Positions 46,171 through 59,785 are shown, counted from the stretch's first letter. The stretch: DNA of 64,000 bases from Hydrolagus affinis (GCA_012026655.1 JAAILG010001364.1:1-64000); one strand, 5' to 3'. Notes: generated by a model not told the origin, from the letters alone. A program made the numbers and translations.

Positions 46171-49165
46171 TCATTTATTCTGAGATTTCATTCAATGCAT
46201 GGATTATTATTTATTGGTACTTTGTAGGAGGGAAATAATTCCTCCTGTAGTGTTGTTTTACCATTTAATGAGCACATATTAAACTCAATGGTTTACATTA
46301 ATTTATACTAATCACACTGTGTTTTAGGATAAGCTTCTATCAGTCTATTTATCTATCTATACCTGCCACATGTTTCATATGCTCAATAATATTCTCGGAG
46401 ACTCAGTTATGTTTGGACAGTTCTCCTTCGTCACGTATTCAGGAACTGATGATGAAAGTGAAATGCAGTTCTTTTAAAAAAAAAGCCTTCTGCTTCTATT
46501 CAATAAAAGTGAAAGTATTACATATTTCCTCTTGTCCAAAACAGACCAGTTTAATAGTTGTACAGTAATCAGCATAACACCATTGCATGCTAAAAAAAAA
46601 TACAGTTCTGGTATTAGCTCCTGCTGAGCAGACAGCAGTGATGTATGGCGACCTTTCCTAGTCAGATACGGCTTACTTAACGTGACTGTTCCACGGGGAG
46701 TACAAATGACCTGAATGGTGTCAATGCAAAACAGACTGCCTGGGTTTTACAATAAATGGATGAGGTGGAATCCTATAGCTGATGTGCTGAACAGAAAATG
46801 AATATGTATATTTTTAAGCTTCATAGAGCTAAATGAAAATATAATTTTTCTTTAAAAAAAAAGTGAAAGGGAATGAGCACCTTCCAGAGTTACCTCAAAG
46901 TGCAGTCTCATTGCCTCAGTTACAGTGTAATTTTATTGCAGCACAGAAAATTAACTAGTCATTTCTGACTAATCCTATTTACATTAAATCAATATTGCTT
47001 TCTCCCGTTAATAGTGTGAATCCAGTTCAGAAATAGTAAAAGGAAAATCATTATTCTTATCTGATTTGATTAAATGTAGTCAAATTACTTTGTCAACATT
47101 TGTCAATCAAGCACTGGAATATTGATTTATTCTGATATTTCACTGTAGCTGATAAATGCAGGAAGCCAGAAAACCCAAAGACTGCCATGAACCAGTTGTG
47201 ACGATTCATTTATTGACTGGTTTGTTTAAAGCTGAATTTTATTGTTAGCTGTGACAAAGAAATGGAAGCTATTGTTTTCTGTTGACAAGTTCATTGACTA
47301 GTTTTCAAATGTCATCAATAAATGTCAAGAAATATTCAGAACTAGAGGTCTAAATATAGGGGAATATCTGATCGTATAAAACCAGCGGATTTTAAAATAT
47401 GCCATTAAACTGACCGCTCCACAGATTTCTTTCAAAGGGACTCGGTGAGATAATTGGATTTATTTCTTTTCAGAAATATATTTTACTCCAAAACATTCTA
47501 GCAATTTAAGTGCATCTACACAGTTATGTTTTTTGTCATTCAGTTGTCTGACACATGAGGGAATCTGTCACCTTGCAGCCAGCTCATCTTCAAGCAGATC
47601 CCATTAAAATAGCTCCTGACAAAACCATTTTCAATTAATAAAATCCCAAATTGGATTGATTGTATATGTTCCAATTTTATCAAGAAAAATAAATAAACTT
47701 ATGGTAAAGTAAGATTGAATTTTCTACTGAGCACCACAATAAATGGGTGAGCAAATTACTATTTGACTCAGGGTTTTGAGACTGAAAATCAAGGGCTCTG
47801 CCTTCAGTACGCTGGTAGGGAACTCAAGTATCTTTGTACATTTATCCACCAAATGAGAATAGCTAATCTTCTTTGTATTATTGTAGTTTTAATCTCATTT
47901 CCTATGGGTCCACAAGCCTCGATTGATATTGAGAAGGGAGCTACAATGAAATGAGATATCAAGGTTATTCATGAAACAGGGGTAAAAAATTTAAATCTAG
48001 CTCTTCCAAACCATGATTTTTTTCAAGGCTTACAGCTGATGTGCCGCACAGAAAATGGATAAACAGTGTCTGGTGAAGGCACCACCCTTATGTGGGTCAC
48101 TCATAGTTGTCTTGAAGAAATCTTGAAGTAGTACTTGAATTTAGCCCAAATAATTCCTGCTATGCGAGTAAGCCATCAGCTGAATCCTTTAGAACTTGTA
48201 AGGCATTAGCGTTACAGAATGTAATTATCAACCTGCCATTCAATGAAACCACCTAGATTTGGATAAAAGAATGGCTTTTGGTCCCAAGAGACAAACATTG
48301 TCGATGTGATAGTTCTGATGGCCCTAATCCTGCTGATGCAATGACAGATCACCTATTTGTCGTTTACACAAAGGAGGTGCGTGTGTCAAGCTGTATGAAC
48401 TTAATAAAGCTGCTCAGCCTGTAGATAGCAACTGAAATGTTCTATTGCAGTACACAATCTTTAAAAATGTAAATTAAAGCTTCTCTATAAATATGTCCTT
48501 AGAAATTCATGGTTAATAGCCACCTCTGCTGAGAATGCAATAAAAACTTATTTTTCCACTGATGCCATAGATAAAAGCATCTCCTCCATATCATTACATC
48601 AAATGCACAGGAACAGAAGAGGCAGCCTAGCCTGGTAATTCCTCAATGTGCTCTTTGTCAGCCAGCTTGGTGCCTTCCCCCCAAGCACTGGTGGAAGCTC
48701 CCTGCTGCCAGTTATACACTAAAGAAAGGTTAAATGTCTGGTAATTCTTCAAAATTATTGCTACTTCTTAGGAATAAAATAAAATAATGTCACCTCTTCC
48801 AGTCACCTAGGGCCATGGGAATATGAAGGAAAGGTATGTGAAAACAAATCATAAAGTTTAGACTTTCGCCACAACATTCCTGGAGGAATGGCAGTGGCAC
48901 AGTAGTGAATGGTAAATACTTTCACTTTCCCTTTGAATATTCAGAGTGTTTTACAGTGGATTAAATTCCCAACTCTCCTTTTCCACTTTTTATTGTGCTT
49001 GAAGATTCCTGTCCTTCATTTTTTTTTACCTTACATTAAATCTACTGGAAAAGTTTTGCCCCAAAGTTAGAATAGAATATTCCCATCCTGAACCCATTGT
49101 GTACCTCTACTTTAACTATTTGTATGTTTTTTTTAACCAATAATTTCTCATACGCCTCCAACCAG

Positions 49166-49266
49166 GATTTGAAGACGAGGCCAACGGCAGCGAGCGCCGT
49201 GAAGTGGGCAGCCAGACTTCAGAGCCCCTGGGAGGCGCTGTGGATCTGGAAGTCTCTGAACACTGA
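49166..49266 (+). CDS. Candidate terminal coding exon (phase 1), product unknown: FEDEANGSERREVGSQTSEPLGGAVDLEVSEH*
   Basis: Preceded by a ttaac branch-like motif, a pyrimidine-rich tract and CAG; GC- and CpG-rich against an AT-rich background; no partner exon found. Confidence 0.4.
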
Positions 49267-49339
49267 GGTTCTGTTGGGACTGAGGAGTTCTCACAGACTG
49301 AGGAGAGTACAGTTTTATCTCCGGCTCCTGTTTTGTCTC

Positions 49340-49649
49340 CTCGCCTTACAAGCGTGAGACCTGTGTTCGAATCCAGGCAGGTCAGGGTGAAACCTTGGCC
49401 AAGTTTCCTTACTCCACACATGCACGCACGCACGCACGCACCTAATAATAATCCCTCCAAAAAAAAACACAATAATAAATTTCAATCCACGACTGCTTGT
49501 GAGGATGCTGCTGAGCACAATTGGCTGCCATGTTTTGCCCACAAATATACAGTCAATTCACTTTACAGTATATTCTGTGAAGAGCTTTGAGACATCTAGA
49601 AGGCGTGAAAAGCGCTATATCAAATGCAAGGATTATTATTATTATTATT
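49340..49649 (+). mobile_element. Young SINE lacking the first ~28 nt, with internal (cacg)n expansion
   Basis: ctcgccttacaagcgtgagacc through (tta)n. Confidence 0.95.
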
Positions 49650-49761
49650 CCCTCTCTCACCCCCGTCCCCAGCTCGGGTGCGAAGCAGTGACTGTCCAGC
49701 GCCTTGGGACACGTCCTCCTTACATGAAAGATGCTATACAAGTGTAATTTTGTTATTGTTG
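49650..49761 (+). mobile_element. L2 3' end directly abutting the SINE tail
   Basis: gactgtccagcgccttgggac...tatacaagtgtaattttgttattgttg. Confidence 0.88.
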
Positions 49762-49964
49762 TACATTGAAAGGAATTGCTCCTATTTCGTATTATTTTCA
49801 GTACTTCTCATCTATTAAATATATCAAATTGCAACACGAGCTGTTCTACTGTGTAAAATAAACATTGCAAAAACACTGCATATTGATTTCCTATTTGCAA
49901 TGCTAAAAACACTTCCAAAGTTTTGTGCTTCACATCATTTTAATAATTTTTAAAAAAAATTCCA

Positions 49965-50200
49965 CCTGAAAATGACTCAAATGCTTCACAATGAGTTGAT
50001 TTGAATTGTTGTGTTGACAATTGGAGGCAATCTGCACCACCAAATGTCCCCATAGGATGAATGCTCATTTTATCCATTAATAGGAAGGTGAATATCTGGT
50101 GAAAATATTTCAAGAACGCCATGCTTTTCTTTGAAACAGTGGCACAAGATCTTCAATACAACCTAAATCACCAGAACAGATGGACTTGGTTAAACTATTT
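49965..50200 (-). mobile_element. Very old Deu SINE
   Basis: ctcaaatgcttcaca...ggcaatctgcac...ttctttgaaacagtggcacaagatctt. Confidence 0.55.
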
Positions 50201-50474
50201 GCATTTCAACTATTTGCAATCACTGAATAGTGTTGCATATTGCTAAAGGGATTTTATCTTTATCTCTGCTGCTTAGTCTACCAAATCACTAAACAACTGG
50301 CCATTTTCCACTCCTAATCCCTTCATCGTGTCACTACTCTCCTCAGCATTTGCTTCCAGCCATCACTGCACTTTATTGATCCCAGTACTGAATGCTTATC
50401 TCATATACTTGTGCACTGCCAATTGTAAATACTCTAGATCGACCCCCTGTTGGGATCATCTTGTTCACAATATA

Positions 50475-50640
50475 TCTAGTGACCAAGGGATGGTACATAT
50501 CCTAAATAACTTATTTGTGTTCATGTTCACAGAAGAAACCATTACAAACCCTTCACAATGCAGAGGAAGGATGACTCTGGGACTATTTACTGGGAAGAAT
50601 TACAGTATATTTGTGGTAGATGCTAATTTAAAGGGCCTCT
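50475..50640 (+). mobile_element. CR1 ORF2 internal fragment
   Basis: DQGMVHILNNLFVFMFTEE resembles the CR1 motif D.EMAE.LN.YF.SVFT.E. Confidence 0.55.
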
Positions 50641-51060
50641 AGGAGTGCGGAGAAATATTAAATAATACAAGTTCAATTCGTGACTTTTTTTTATAACAAC
50701 AGATTATGATAAATCTCAAATTTCTTATCCTTCCTTAATATTCACCAGCAAAAACCATCGTGTCAGTCGTGTAGCCTTCGGACACTCTGCCATCAGTGGC
50801 AGTCATCGCAAAATTGTCTCTGTGGAGATGTACTGTGATCATTAGAACAAGATTTTTGTTAAATTTAGTGTGTTCCCTTGTCTATTGCATTGAAACACAT
50901 CACTGTTGTAATGTAAGATCTTTGCATTGTGATTACTTATCTAATCTATCTTCCATTTTTTAAAACTGGATGTAGTTGTGCCATTACAGAGGATGATACA
51001 ATATATATATTTTATAAATATATTTGTAATATGTTGTGTGTGATTGAGAAAATAAATATG

Positions 51061-51351
51061 GAACACTCACCTCGCAAGTGAGAGACCTGGGTTCTAATTC
51101 TGGCAGGGCAAAACGTTGGGCAAGATTCCTTACTCCACACTCCTGATAATAATCCCTCAAGAAAGAAGACAATAATAATTTGGCCACTTCAATCCATGAC
51201 TGTTTGTGAGACACTGGCGCATTTGGCTGCCACGTTTCGCCCACAAAAATATAGTCAATTCACTTTAGAGTATATTCTGTGGAGCGCTTTGAGTCGTCTA
51301 GAAGATGTCAAACGCGCTATATCAAATGCAAGTATTAGTATTACTATTATT
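51061..51351 (+). mobile_element. SINE lacking A box
   Basis: cactcacctcgcaagtgagagacctgggttc through tail. Confidence 0.92.
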
Positions 51352-52020
51352 TTAAACAGCCACCGTAACACAAAACTGTAATATTTTTATGTCGTGAGTG
51401 AAGGTCCACTAATCTCACATTATTTGTTGGCAATTTTTAAGCACTGCTTTAAAACTTGATTGCATAGAGATATTTTGCTATGCAAATCCATAAAGGCTGA
51501 TACAATCACGCAACTGGCTTCAAATCATGGTTCTACTGCTAAGCAGAAGTATTGAGCTATGCAGATATTTCACTCCATTCAAGATAATAAGGTAGGATTT
51601 CACAAAGTTTTGAAACACAGCAGCTGATAGGGATAAATGACACATCTTTGTAAAACATTGCCAATTTAAATGAATAGCATGTGACTGTGTTCAAAATGTC
51701 TGTACTCAATAGATTCCCTTTCAGTTTCCACATTGTTATAATCCACAATTCCTTGATTTCAGTTGGGAAGGGTGATAATGGATAAGGAAAACAAATCCTG
51801 ATTAAAAATTCAACATTTCTAGGTCCACGTATACATTTCTGATTGATTTTTTATTTCAAATAATCCATTGCATATTGCTGAAACTAACTCAGCCATAAGT
51901 AGATAGGATCCAACCTATGATGTTCTGCTTCCAGCCAGCCCATAAACAAAAGGAAACACTGATGGAAACGTACTAGAAATAGCAGGATATATATATATTT
52001 TAAAAGTTTACCCTCCACTA

Positions 52021-52330
52021 AATAATAATAATCATTGATTTGATATAGCACTTTTCAAGTCTTCTAGATGTCTCAAAGTGCTTCACAGAATATACTGTAA
52101 AGTGAATTGACCACATTTGTGGGTGAAATGTGGCAGCCAATTGTGCACGGCAGTGTCCCACAAACAGTTGGGGATTGAAAAGACCAATTTTGTTATTGTT
52201 TTCTTTCTTGAGGGATTATTATCAGGCAACTGGAATATAAAAACTTTTCCTAAGGTTTTGCACTACCAGGAATCAAGCCCAGTTCTCTCGCTTGCAAGGC
52301 AAGTGCTCAAACCCACTGAGCTACAGGACA
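52021..52330 (-). mobile_element. SINE, full length
   Basis: (taa)n tail through cactgagctacaggac. Confidence 0.93.
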
Positions 52331-52979
52331 TTGATAATGATATAAAATAGAAGTTGGAGGTTGATAACAAAGCAGATATTGCATCTATTTTTCACCAAAG
52401 AAAAATTGTTAAAACAAAAATAAAATGATTGTTTTGCAATATTTCTCCTTCACCCTGTGTTTTACAAGAAAGAGGACCCATCAAAACTCAACCTTCCAGA
52501 ATATCCGCCTTAAATTCCTCCATCATAGTTCAAGCAATTTCTTGAACAAGTCCGGCATCCCAACTTCAACTAGCCTTGTTGTTATTCAGTTAATATAATT
52601 GGATTAATTGATTAATTGGCCTGCTAAAAGTCTTATTGTTTTTGGAAAATTTAAATATTTAATTTAAAGATGAAATAATAGTTGCAATTCTGAAAATCTG
52701 AATAGATTTGCTTTTCAGACTTGTGTCTATATTCTGATGAGAACAAAGTGACATTAAAAACAACTTCATTATCAGCAATAATTGAAACTTACTGGATAAA
52801 ATTGAAACAAAATGAATGCTCCAAAGTTTGTTTTCTCAGCATTTGACTTCCTCTTGCTGGGATGTGTTTGGTCCAACCAGATAGTTACTATTTATGTGTG
52901 GAGCTTTGCAAGCCACTTAATCATAGAGGGCTTCACAGCTGAATTCAACCTCTACCCACCTGGCTGCCCCACAACAAAC

Positions 52980-53110
52980 CAGCAGGGAGGCCAGAGATTA
53001 GGCTGATTTTCCCCTCCATAACCCTGGGAAGCTTGTGATCAATTTAGCCTCCCAATGCAGCCTGAGCTTAGAGCAGCAAACTCAACCAGTATTCAAATCA
53101 GAGGTCCATA
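52980..53110 (-). mobile_element. Ancient SINE-like family core
   Basis: ggctgattttcccctccataaccctggg...gagcagcaaactcaacca. Confidence 0.55.
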
Positions 53111-53928
53111 AACTGTGGTTCTCTCCACTACATCATAAGGGTAAACTCAGAGAGGGCTTTAAGATATTTTGAGGAGACAATAAAAAAATCCTCACTTCTA
53201 CGCTCATATAATACTCTGCTGTTTTTGGCAGTCATTATAGGGGGAATGAGGAAGCTTGACTGTTACCGAACTACACTATACTCATCAATAGTTGAGGTAT
53301 AATAGATGATGACTAGTTCTTATATTCCAATAATAACCAATGAATTGCTCTCCAAACAAAATTCTGGTTTGTAATTTTTGGCATGTGAATAGCTTTTTTG
53401 CTCATGGAGGGAACATACATACTCTTCTTTGCTTATACAAGGAGAACAAAGGGACCATTTGGGACTAATCAGGTCATAAGCAATTCCAAACTGCACATCA
53501 GTATAATACTGCTAAAACATAACCAAATAAAGCTGCACAGCTTTTTAACCACACCCAATATGGAACTCTCATTGTTATCAGAAGCAATGTGGACAGCATC
53601 ATAGCTCCACAATTACATGAATGTTATTAACAAACTCACCAAGAGAATGTTTCGCATGTTGGTCAAAAGCAAGAGAAATCCCACATGGGGAAGTCATTTG
53701 ATTGACCACAATTTAAATTGCAACATTCAGGTTTAATTGCGAGTTGTGCTAATCTTACATCTAAAGAGGGATTTACGCATGAAATTACTGAATGAAATAA
53801 ATAACCGATGGAAAGGATCACCACATTACAAACCCTCTACATTATCTGTTACACATGGTTAGCACAATTTGCAATTTCAGACATTGTGAAAGGCATGGTT
53901 GAAAACCTCTTCCATAGATTGTTCCCTT

Positions 53929-54392
53929 CAACAACAACAACAACAACAACAAATTACATTTATAGAGCGCCTTTCACGTCGGGAGGACGTCCCAAGGCGC
54001 TGCACAGGAGGCGTGTGACCCGAGTTGGGAGGGGAGTGTTCGGGAAGGGGTGATACACGTAGGGGAGGTCGAAAGATTCGGGGTTNNNNNNNNNNNNNNN
54101 NNNNNNNNNNNNNNNNNNNNNNNNNNNNNNNNNNNNNNNNNNNNNNNNNNNNNNNNNNNNNNNNNNNNNNNNNNNNNNNNNNNNNGTGGGGCGGTTTGGG
54201 CGGGGGGCTTGGAGCAGGCCAAGTCCTGCTGAACGGAGGGTCCGGGTGGGCTTGTAGGGGGAGAGTAGATTGGTTAAGTAGGGCGGGGCAAGGCCATGTA
54301 AGGCCTTGAAGGTGAGGACGAGGATCTTGAACTCGATCCTCTGGAGGATGGGGAGCTAGTGGAGACGGGCGAGGGTGGGGGTTATATGGTCC
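53929..54392 (-). mobile_element. Young L2 3' fragment spanning an assembly gap
   Basis: (caa)8 tail, CpG-intact stem-loop, DHITPTLARLH*LP..RIEFKILVLTFKALHGLAPPYL. Confidence 0.95.
54086..54185. other. Assembly gap (100 N)
   Basis: Run of N. Confidence 1.
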
Positions 54393-55319
54393 TTCATTAG
54401 AAAGCCAGATGTATTTGGAGTTGTAGATCTCAGCAAAAAAATGTATTTTTCTCTTTACCTGTCTGCAAAATGAAATCTTCACATTTCTCTGCCCTTTGAT
54501 GTATTTTGTTTTAAAATTGATGACAGTTCCCAGCACCTGTCTGAGGTATTCTGGATCTCAGAGTTGGTTGCAGGGAGATTTGGCCTCCTTTATAGCATTG
54601 CAGTAATTGGTAAAAACATCCATTTCAGACGATTGCTGGATCTGTGCTTGACTGTTTTGAAAGTTGGGTCACTTCAGACATTAGATCCAAACACTTATAA
54701 TGACACCCTTATTGCGACAGGGCGATTTGTCCAAACAGATGTTAAAGATTTACTCACTATGCCTCACTGAGTGAACTAGACAAGGTTTTGAATGCTTATT
54801 TCTGCATGATTTGATCACCTTTTGTTTTACTGCAATCAGTCCCAGTGTTCATGAATCTTAAAGAAACATTAAAAAAATTGTCTCTTACATGTGTATAAGG
54901 ATCAGTTAAATACAGCAGTAATGTTCTTATATCTGATTTTACTAACTTTTTAGGTTTAATATGGACACGTTGTGATTGTATAGGATGAACTCCGGCTTGT
55001 GAAAAAATTGCGCTTTATGTTCACTGGCAGAAGTCATTTAGTCAGAGCTAAATATGAACCTTTTTGGTGAATACCAGTATTCTGAGTTAAATCAAACCAG
55101 CTGATATCGTATCAGAATTCACTCTTAAGGCCCTTAAACAGTAGCCTGGACAATCCTATTCTTGACGTTTTGTATATTTTAAAAATATATATTTTGTATC
55201 ATTGTGGACATAATTTTGGACATAATTTCTGACCAAAGTTCTTAAAATCTTGTGTTTTTCATGAAAACATTGCTACCATGTTTCACATTTAGACCCACAA
55301 TTTTCCCAAACTCTAGCCC

Positions 55320-55440
55320 TAGTCGGCGATGGGTGAATGAGAATAGGAACCAGGAAATTGTGGTTGTACGGAAGTGGATGAACGAGAGGAGATGATCAAG
55401 GAAGATAGTGGTCAACATGCCAAGACAGCAAAGAGGTTGA
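55320..55440 (-). mobile_element. Old L2 RT fragment
   Basis: Reverse strand cctctttgctgtcttggcatgttgaccactatcttcctt...tcctggttcctattc resembles LSAAFDTVDH.IL...L.WF.SY. Confidence 0.6.
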
Positions 55441-56410
55441 GGAGCATAAGGAGGCACAGGGAATTGTGGAAGAATTGAGAAGTGTGGGAAAAGGCTTAAA
55501 TTGCATTTTAATCTAAAAGTGGGTTTTCTGTACTTTTTAAAAATAATTGGCTTGTATATTAAAACTGAATCCCAGGATTTTCCACAATTGGTTGTAATCT
55601 TATATTTCAAAACAAAGAACTGTAGTTTTACAGACGAAGATTAGGAGGTATGTCAGACCTACGGTTTCAATTTCAGATTCACATTCATTCATTTCTCATA
55701 GGAGAAATCATTCTGGTGTGAAACTCTTTATCCGCAAAACTTTTTTTTTTTGCTTTTCAGCTCTGTTATTGCTGCCAAACTGAGTGTAAAATTGATTTAA
55801 TGTCCTATTCCTCAATCACAAAACCAATAGTAGAATATAACAAGTAGATAATGCCATACATGCGAACTTGCAAATCCAGGTGAAAATGTAACCGCTGGCT
55901 CTTTTGTTCTGTGACTTAAGTAGGGTCTGGAATTAAAAATATTTGAAAGCATCACAGTTGTCTACGTTTGCAGTATTCTTTGAATGGAATAAAATTACAA
56001 TAATAAGGTATTTTTTTACATTACCAAATGACTACACTAGCCCTCAAATGGCTGAAAACCATTACTGGAGTGCAATTACTCTATCCCCACCTACAGATAA
56101 GATCTATATGTTACATTCCACTTTACAAAAGCCTAATTACTGCAGCACAATAGTAAAAAGCAAGCATAGATGAACTAAACAAGCTTTAAGTGAATATCAT
56201 TTAACATTTCCCAAATTAGGTTTTGCTTTATAAATAATACATTAGTCTTAATAGCTTTATATGAAACTATTGACCCATTCACAATGTGCAAGGATTTATA
56301 TTGTAAGCTAATTAACACATCAGCTGTTTGTCAAAGAGCAAGTGCAGAAATTGTGCGGTCACCATCTATAGCCTTGTTTTATGTGAAAAGGCTTTTCCTG
56401 GTAACAAAAT

Positions 56411-56790
56411 TAACAACAACAACAACTTGCACTTATATAGCACTCTCCACACCGGGTAGCATCTCAGAGCGCTTAACAAGGCGGAGTCTGGCTCCAAGCC
56501 GGGAAGGTGGTGGGAGGTGGCTGTAAGTGTGGTCAAAGAGGAAGGTTTTCAAGCGGGCCTTGAAAAAGGGGAGCGAGGCTGCAAGGCAAAGGGATTGAGA
56601 GAGTGTTCCAGTGTTTGAGAGCGTGGAACCTGAAAGCGCGACTTTCGATGGTGGGATGGAGGGTGTCAGGGACAAGCAGGAGGCTGGTGCCAGTCAAGTT
56701 GGGGTGCTGGGTGATGGATTGGGGAGTGAGGAGGTCAGAGAGGTAGGGAGGTGCCAGGGAGTGAAGGGATTTGAACACGCTAAGAAGAGT
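56411..56790 (-). mobile_element. L2 3' fragment (different subfamily tail)
   Basis: FKSLHSLAPPYLSDLL...SRAFRFHALKHWNTL and FKARLKTFLFD; (caa)n tail. Confidence 0.9.
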
Positions 56791-57329
56791 TTATAATAAA
56801 TAATTATAATAATGGCATTCATGTATCACCTTATCACCCAGTCAGACTGACTCATAGCACTTCCCAAGTTTTTGCAGTAAGATCCAATTATTAAATTCAT
56901 GGGTGAAATCAGTAGCTAATTATTGACCCGCAATGTCCTGTAAACTAGAGAATTCTTGGCCAGGACACAGAGTTTGCTCATTGTTTGGTCAAGATCATTA
57001 GGTGTTTTTTTTTAAACAATCAGACCACATAAAAAATGAGAAGGAATAGGAATAATCAAATTGCATTGACTATTATAGATTACATTTTTACAGGACTTCC
57101 ATTTATCAATCTGTATATACAATACAACTAAATAAAGTTGATTGTTAACTTGATGCCCTGAAGTTTGCTTAGCCTTTTGACCTCTGGTTATTCCATCTAA
57201 CCCCAGAGATGGAAAACATCCATATCAGTATAAGGGCCTAATTGTGCATAAGTTCCTTTATATGAAATGATTGTATTTAGCATGTTGGGCTTTCTCGTAC
57301 AACTTTGCATCTTCATTGAACTCAGGCCT

Positions 57330-57860
57330 TTGATTTGTAATATGTTTATTGAAGTTTTTAATTAATATACTCTGATTCTCAATCTTGTGTCAGATTTGCC
57401 ACATTACTCCTAACTTCATGACCTTTCTTTCACCTCTGCCTTCGGTGTCTGTGAGAGATCTTGTCAAATAGCTTCTGAAATTGTAGTCAATTCCAACCAC
57501 CATTTCCTTTCTGCAAAACACAAACATAACACCAAAAGTTTCCAGAAAATGTGTTAAGTAATCACAATCTTTCATACTGCCTCTTATTTATCACCTTCAA
57601 TCCCACTAGATAATCCTCAATTGCTCTTTTCTAATCAACTCCAGGATCTTGCGCACAGTCAATGTTACACTCACTGCCCTGTAATTCCGAGGTTACTACA
57701 TTGCTTTTACCTAAAGATTAGAATCGCATTAGTTACTTCCAATCTTCTGGTGTTATCCCTCTTTTTACAAAACTATAGAAAACTTCACCTAAAGCAGTCC
57801 TTAATTCCTCTTTCAATTTGTTAAGTGCTCCCGGATACATGTCAACAGCAACAGTTAATG
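57330..57860 (-). mobile_element. Decayed CR1 reverse-transcriptase region
   Basis: Reverse strand gives MYPGALNKLKEE, PEDWK, NYRAVSVT.TVRKILE and FQKLFDKISHR, with frameshifts. Confidence 0.78.
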
Positions 57861-58700
57861 TAAGATAACTGAAGGTTCTTAAATAACCATTTCTTTGTTA
57901 ACCTCTATTTCTATAGAATTCTCCATTGAATCTGACCACTTTGGATTAAGAACACTACTTAGCAACAAACACTGACTGAGCATTTGTTCAACTGTATCCA
58001 AGCCATCCCCTTGAATCACTTTTTTTGTTCTTAATAGAGTCAATTACCTTCTTGTGTGTTATGAAAATTGCTGGAAAATTTCCTATTATTCTCCTTCGTG
58101 ACCATAGCAACTTCATTTTTCTTTTCTCTAGTAATCAATTTAATAATATTTTTAATAAACTTTCTTGTACTTATTGCTATTTTGACTTGAACTTTATACT
58201 GGAGTGAACTCCAAGTTCATTGATTGAGTTCTTGCTATTTCTATATCAATCTTCTATTTCTTAGTGACTGTGTGGAATGCAAATAGCTAAAGTTCTGTGA
58301 AACTGATTGAGAGAAACTGGTGTTGTTATTTTATATTCCGAAGCAAATGATAAAATGTGAAGCAGCACTCATTCAGTGATTATTTGAAGAGACGTTTAGT
58401 TAAATGACAATGTGCTGTTAGGTGGCTGTAGATATGTAAATGTAAACGATTACATAGCTTTGACCAGCATGATGTCTCATACAAATGCAAAACTTTTCAC
58501 TATGCTTAAGAATTCAAAACAGACTGAGAGTTCCCCAGATTCCAGTCACCGATGCATGCAAATTTCACTGTGACTGGAATGAAGTGTGCACTCTGTCCCT
58601 GGAGAGATACATCCTGCTTATCTAATTCCGAAAACTATTAGGCACAGGTTAGCAAGAGATAAGGCTTGGTGACCCCAGTGTGTATGTTGGATTGGATTTT

Positions 58701-59024
58701 ATAATATAATAATCCTTGCATTTTGATATAGCACTTTTCATGTCTTCTAGACATCTCAAAGTGCTTCACAGAATGTACTGTAAAGTGAATTGACTGTATA
58801 TTTGTGGGCGAAACACGGCAGCCAATTGCACACAGCAGTGTCCCACATACTGTCGTGGATTGAAATGATCAATTTTATTATTGTGTGTTTTTTTTGGAGG
58901 GATGATTATTAGGCGTGTGGAGCAAGGAAACTTGCCCAAGGTTTCACCCTGACCTGACTGGATTCAAACACAGGTCTCACACTCGTAAGGCGAGTGCTCT
59001 AACCACTGAGCTACAGGACTCCAC
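58701..59024 (-). mobile_element. Young SINE, full length
   Basis: Near consensus; head ctgagctacaggactccac. Confidence 0.96.
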
Positions 59025-59299
59025 TTTTAACCTGCTAAATATGCGAAGCATTCCATTGTGAATTCTGTCTGGCAAGGACCAATCTGGAAGGCTATGACGA
59101 CTTTGATGCAAGGAAGTGAGAATCTCAAAGTGAGAATTAATTGTGATTTAGTGCCTCTGAAAAAAAATTGTTCAGCACACAGCTGATCTGTTAGGATTGT
59201 TGCTACACATGGGACCCACTGTCATGGCACTCGGTGCTGTACAGCCTCTTCCTGAGCACCCACAGCGAAATCCACATCAAGTGTGCCTGGAGGATCATT

Positions 59300-59785
59300 A
59301 ACAGCAACAAAATTGCACATGTATAGCACCTTTCACATCAGGAGGATGTCCCAAGGTGCTGGACAGTCACTGTGTCAGACCTGAGCTGGGAACGGGGTGG
59401 GGAGTGGGCGGTTTAGGAGTTGCCGATGGGACCAACGAAGAGGAGAGTTTTGAGGCGGGACATGAAGGAGGCCAGGAAGTAGGCGAGGCGGAGGGACTGC
59501 GGGATGGCGTTTCAAAGGTTGGGGTCAGAGCTTGCTGAGCTGAGGGGGCACACAGGTTGGTAAGGAGTTTGAAGGTCAAGATGTAAGGTGGTGCGAGGTT
59601 GTGGAGGGCTTTGAATGTGAGGACCAGGATCTTGAATTGGATCCTCGGGGTGATGGGGAGCCAATGAAGTCGGGCAAGGATGGGGACAATGGGGTCACAG
59701 AGTTTGGAACAGTAGAGGACACGGGCTGCAGAGTTCTGGAACATCCGCAGCCTGTGGAGGGAGGAATTGGGAAGGCCAAAACTAT
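59300..59785 (-). mobile_element. L2 3' fragment
   Basis: GLPNSSLHRLRMFQNSAARVL...LARLHWLPITPRIQFKILVLTFKALHNLAPPY followed by tail. Confidence 0.93.

Noticed and set aside
53928-54536. 202-aa ORF
   Set aside because: Artefact of reading through an N gap and an L2 fragment
55204-55228. Short tandem duplications (tggacataattt twice; also near 6232 and 37185)
   Set aside because: Ordinary slippage products with no further structure
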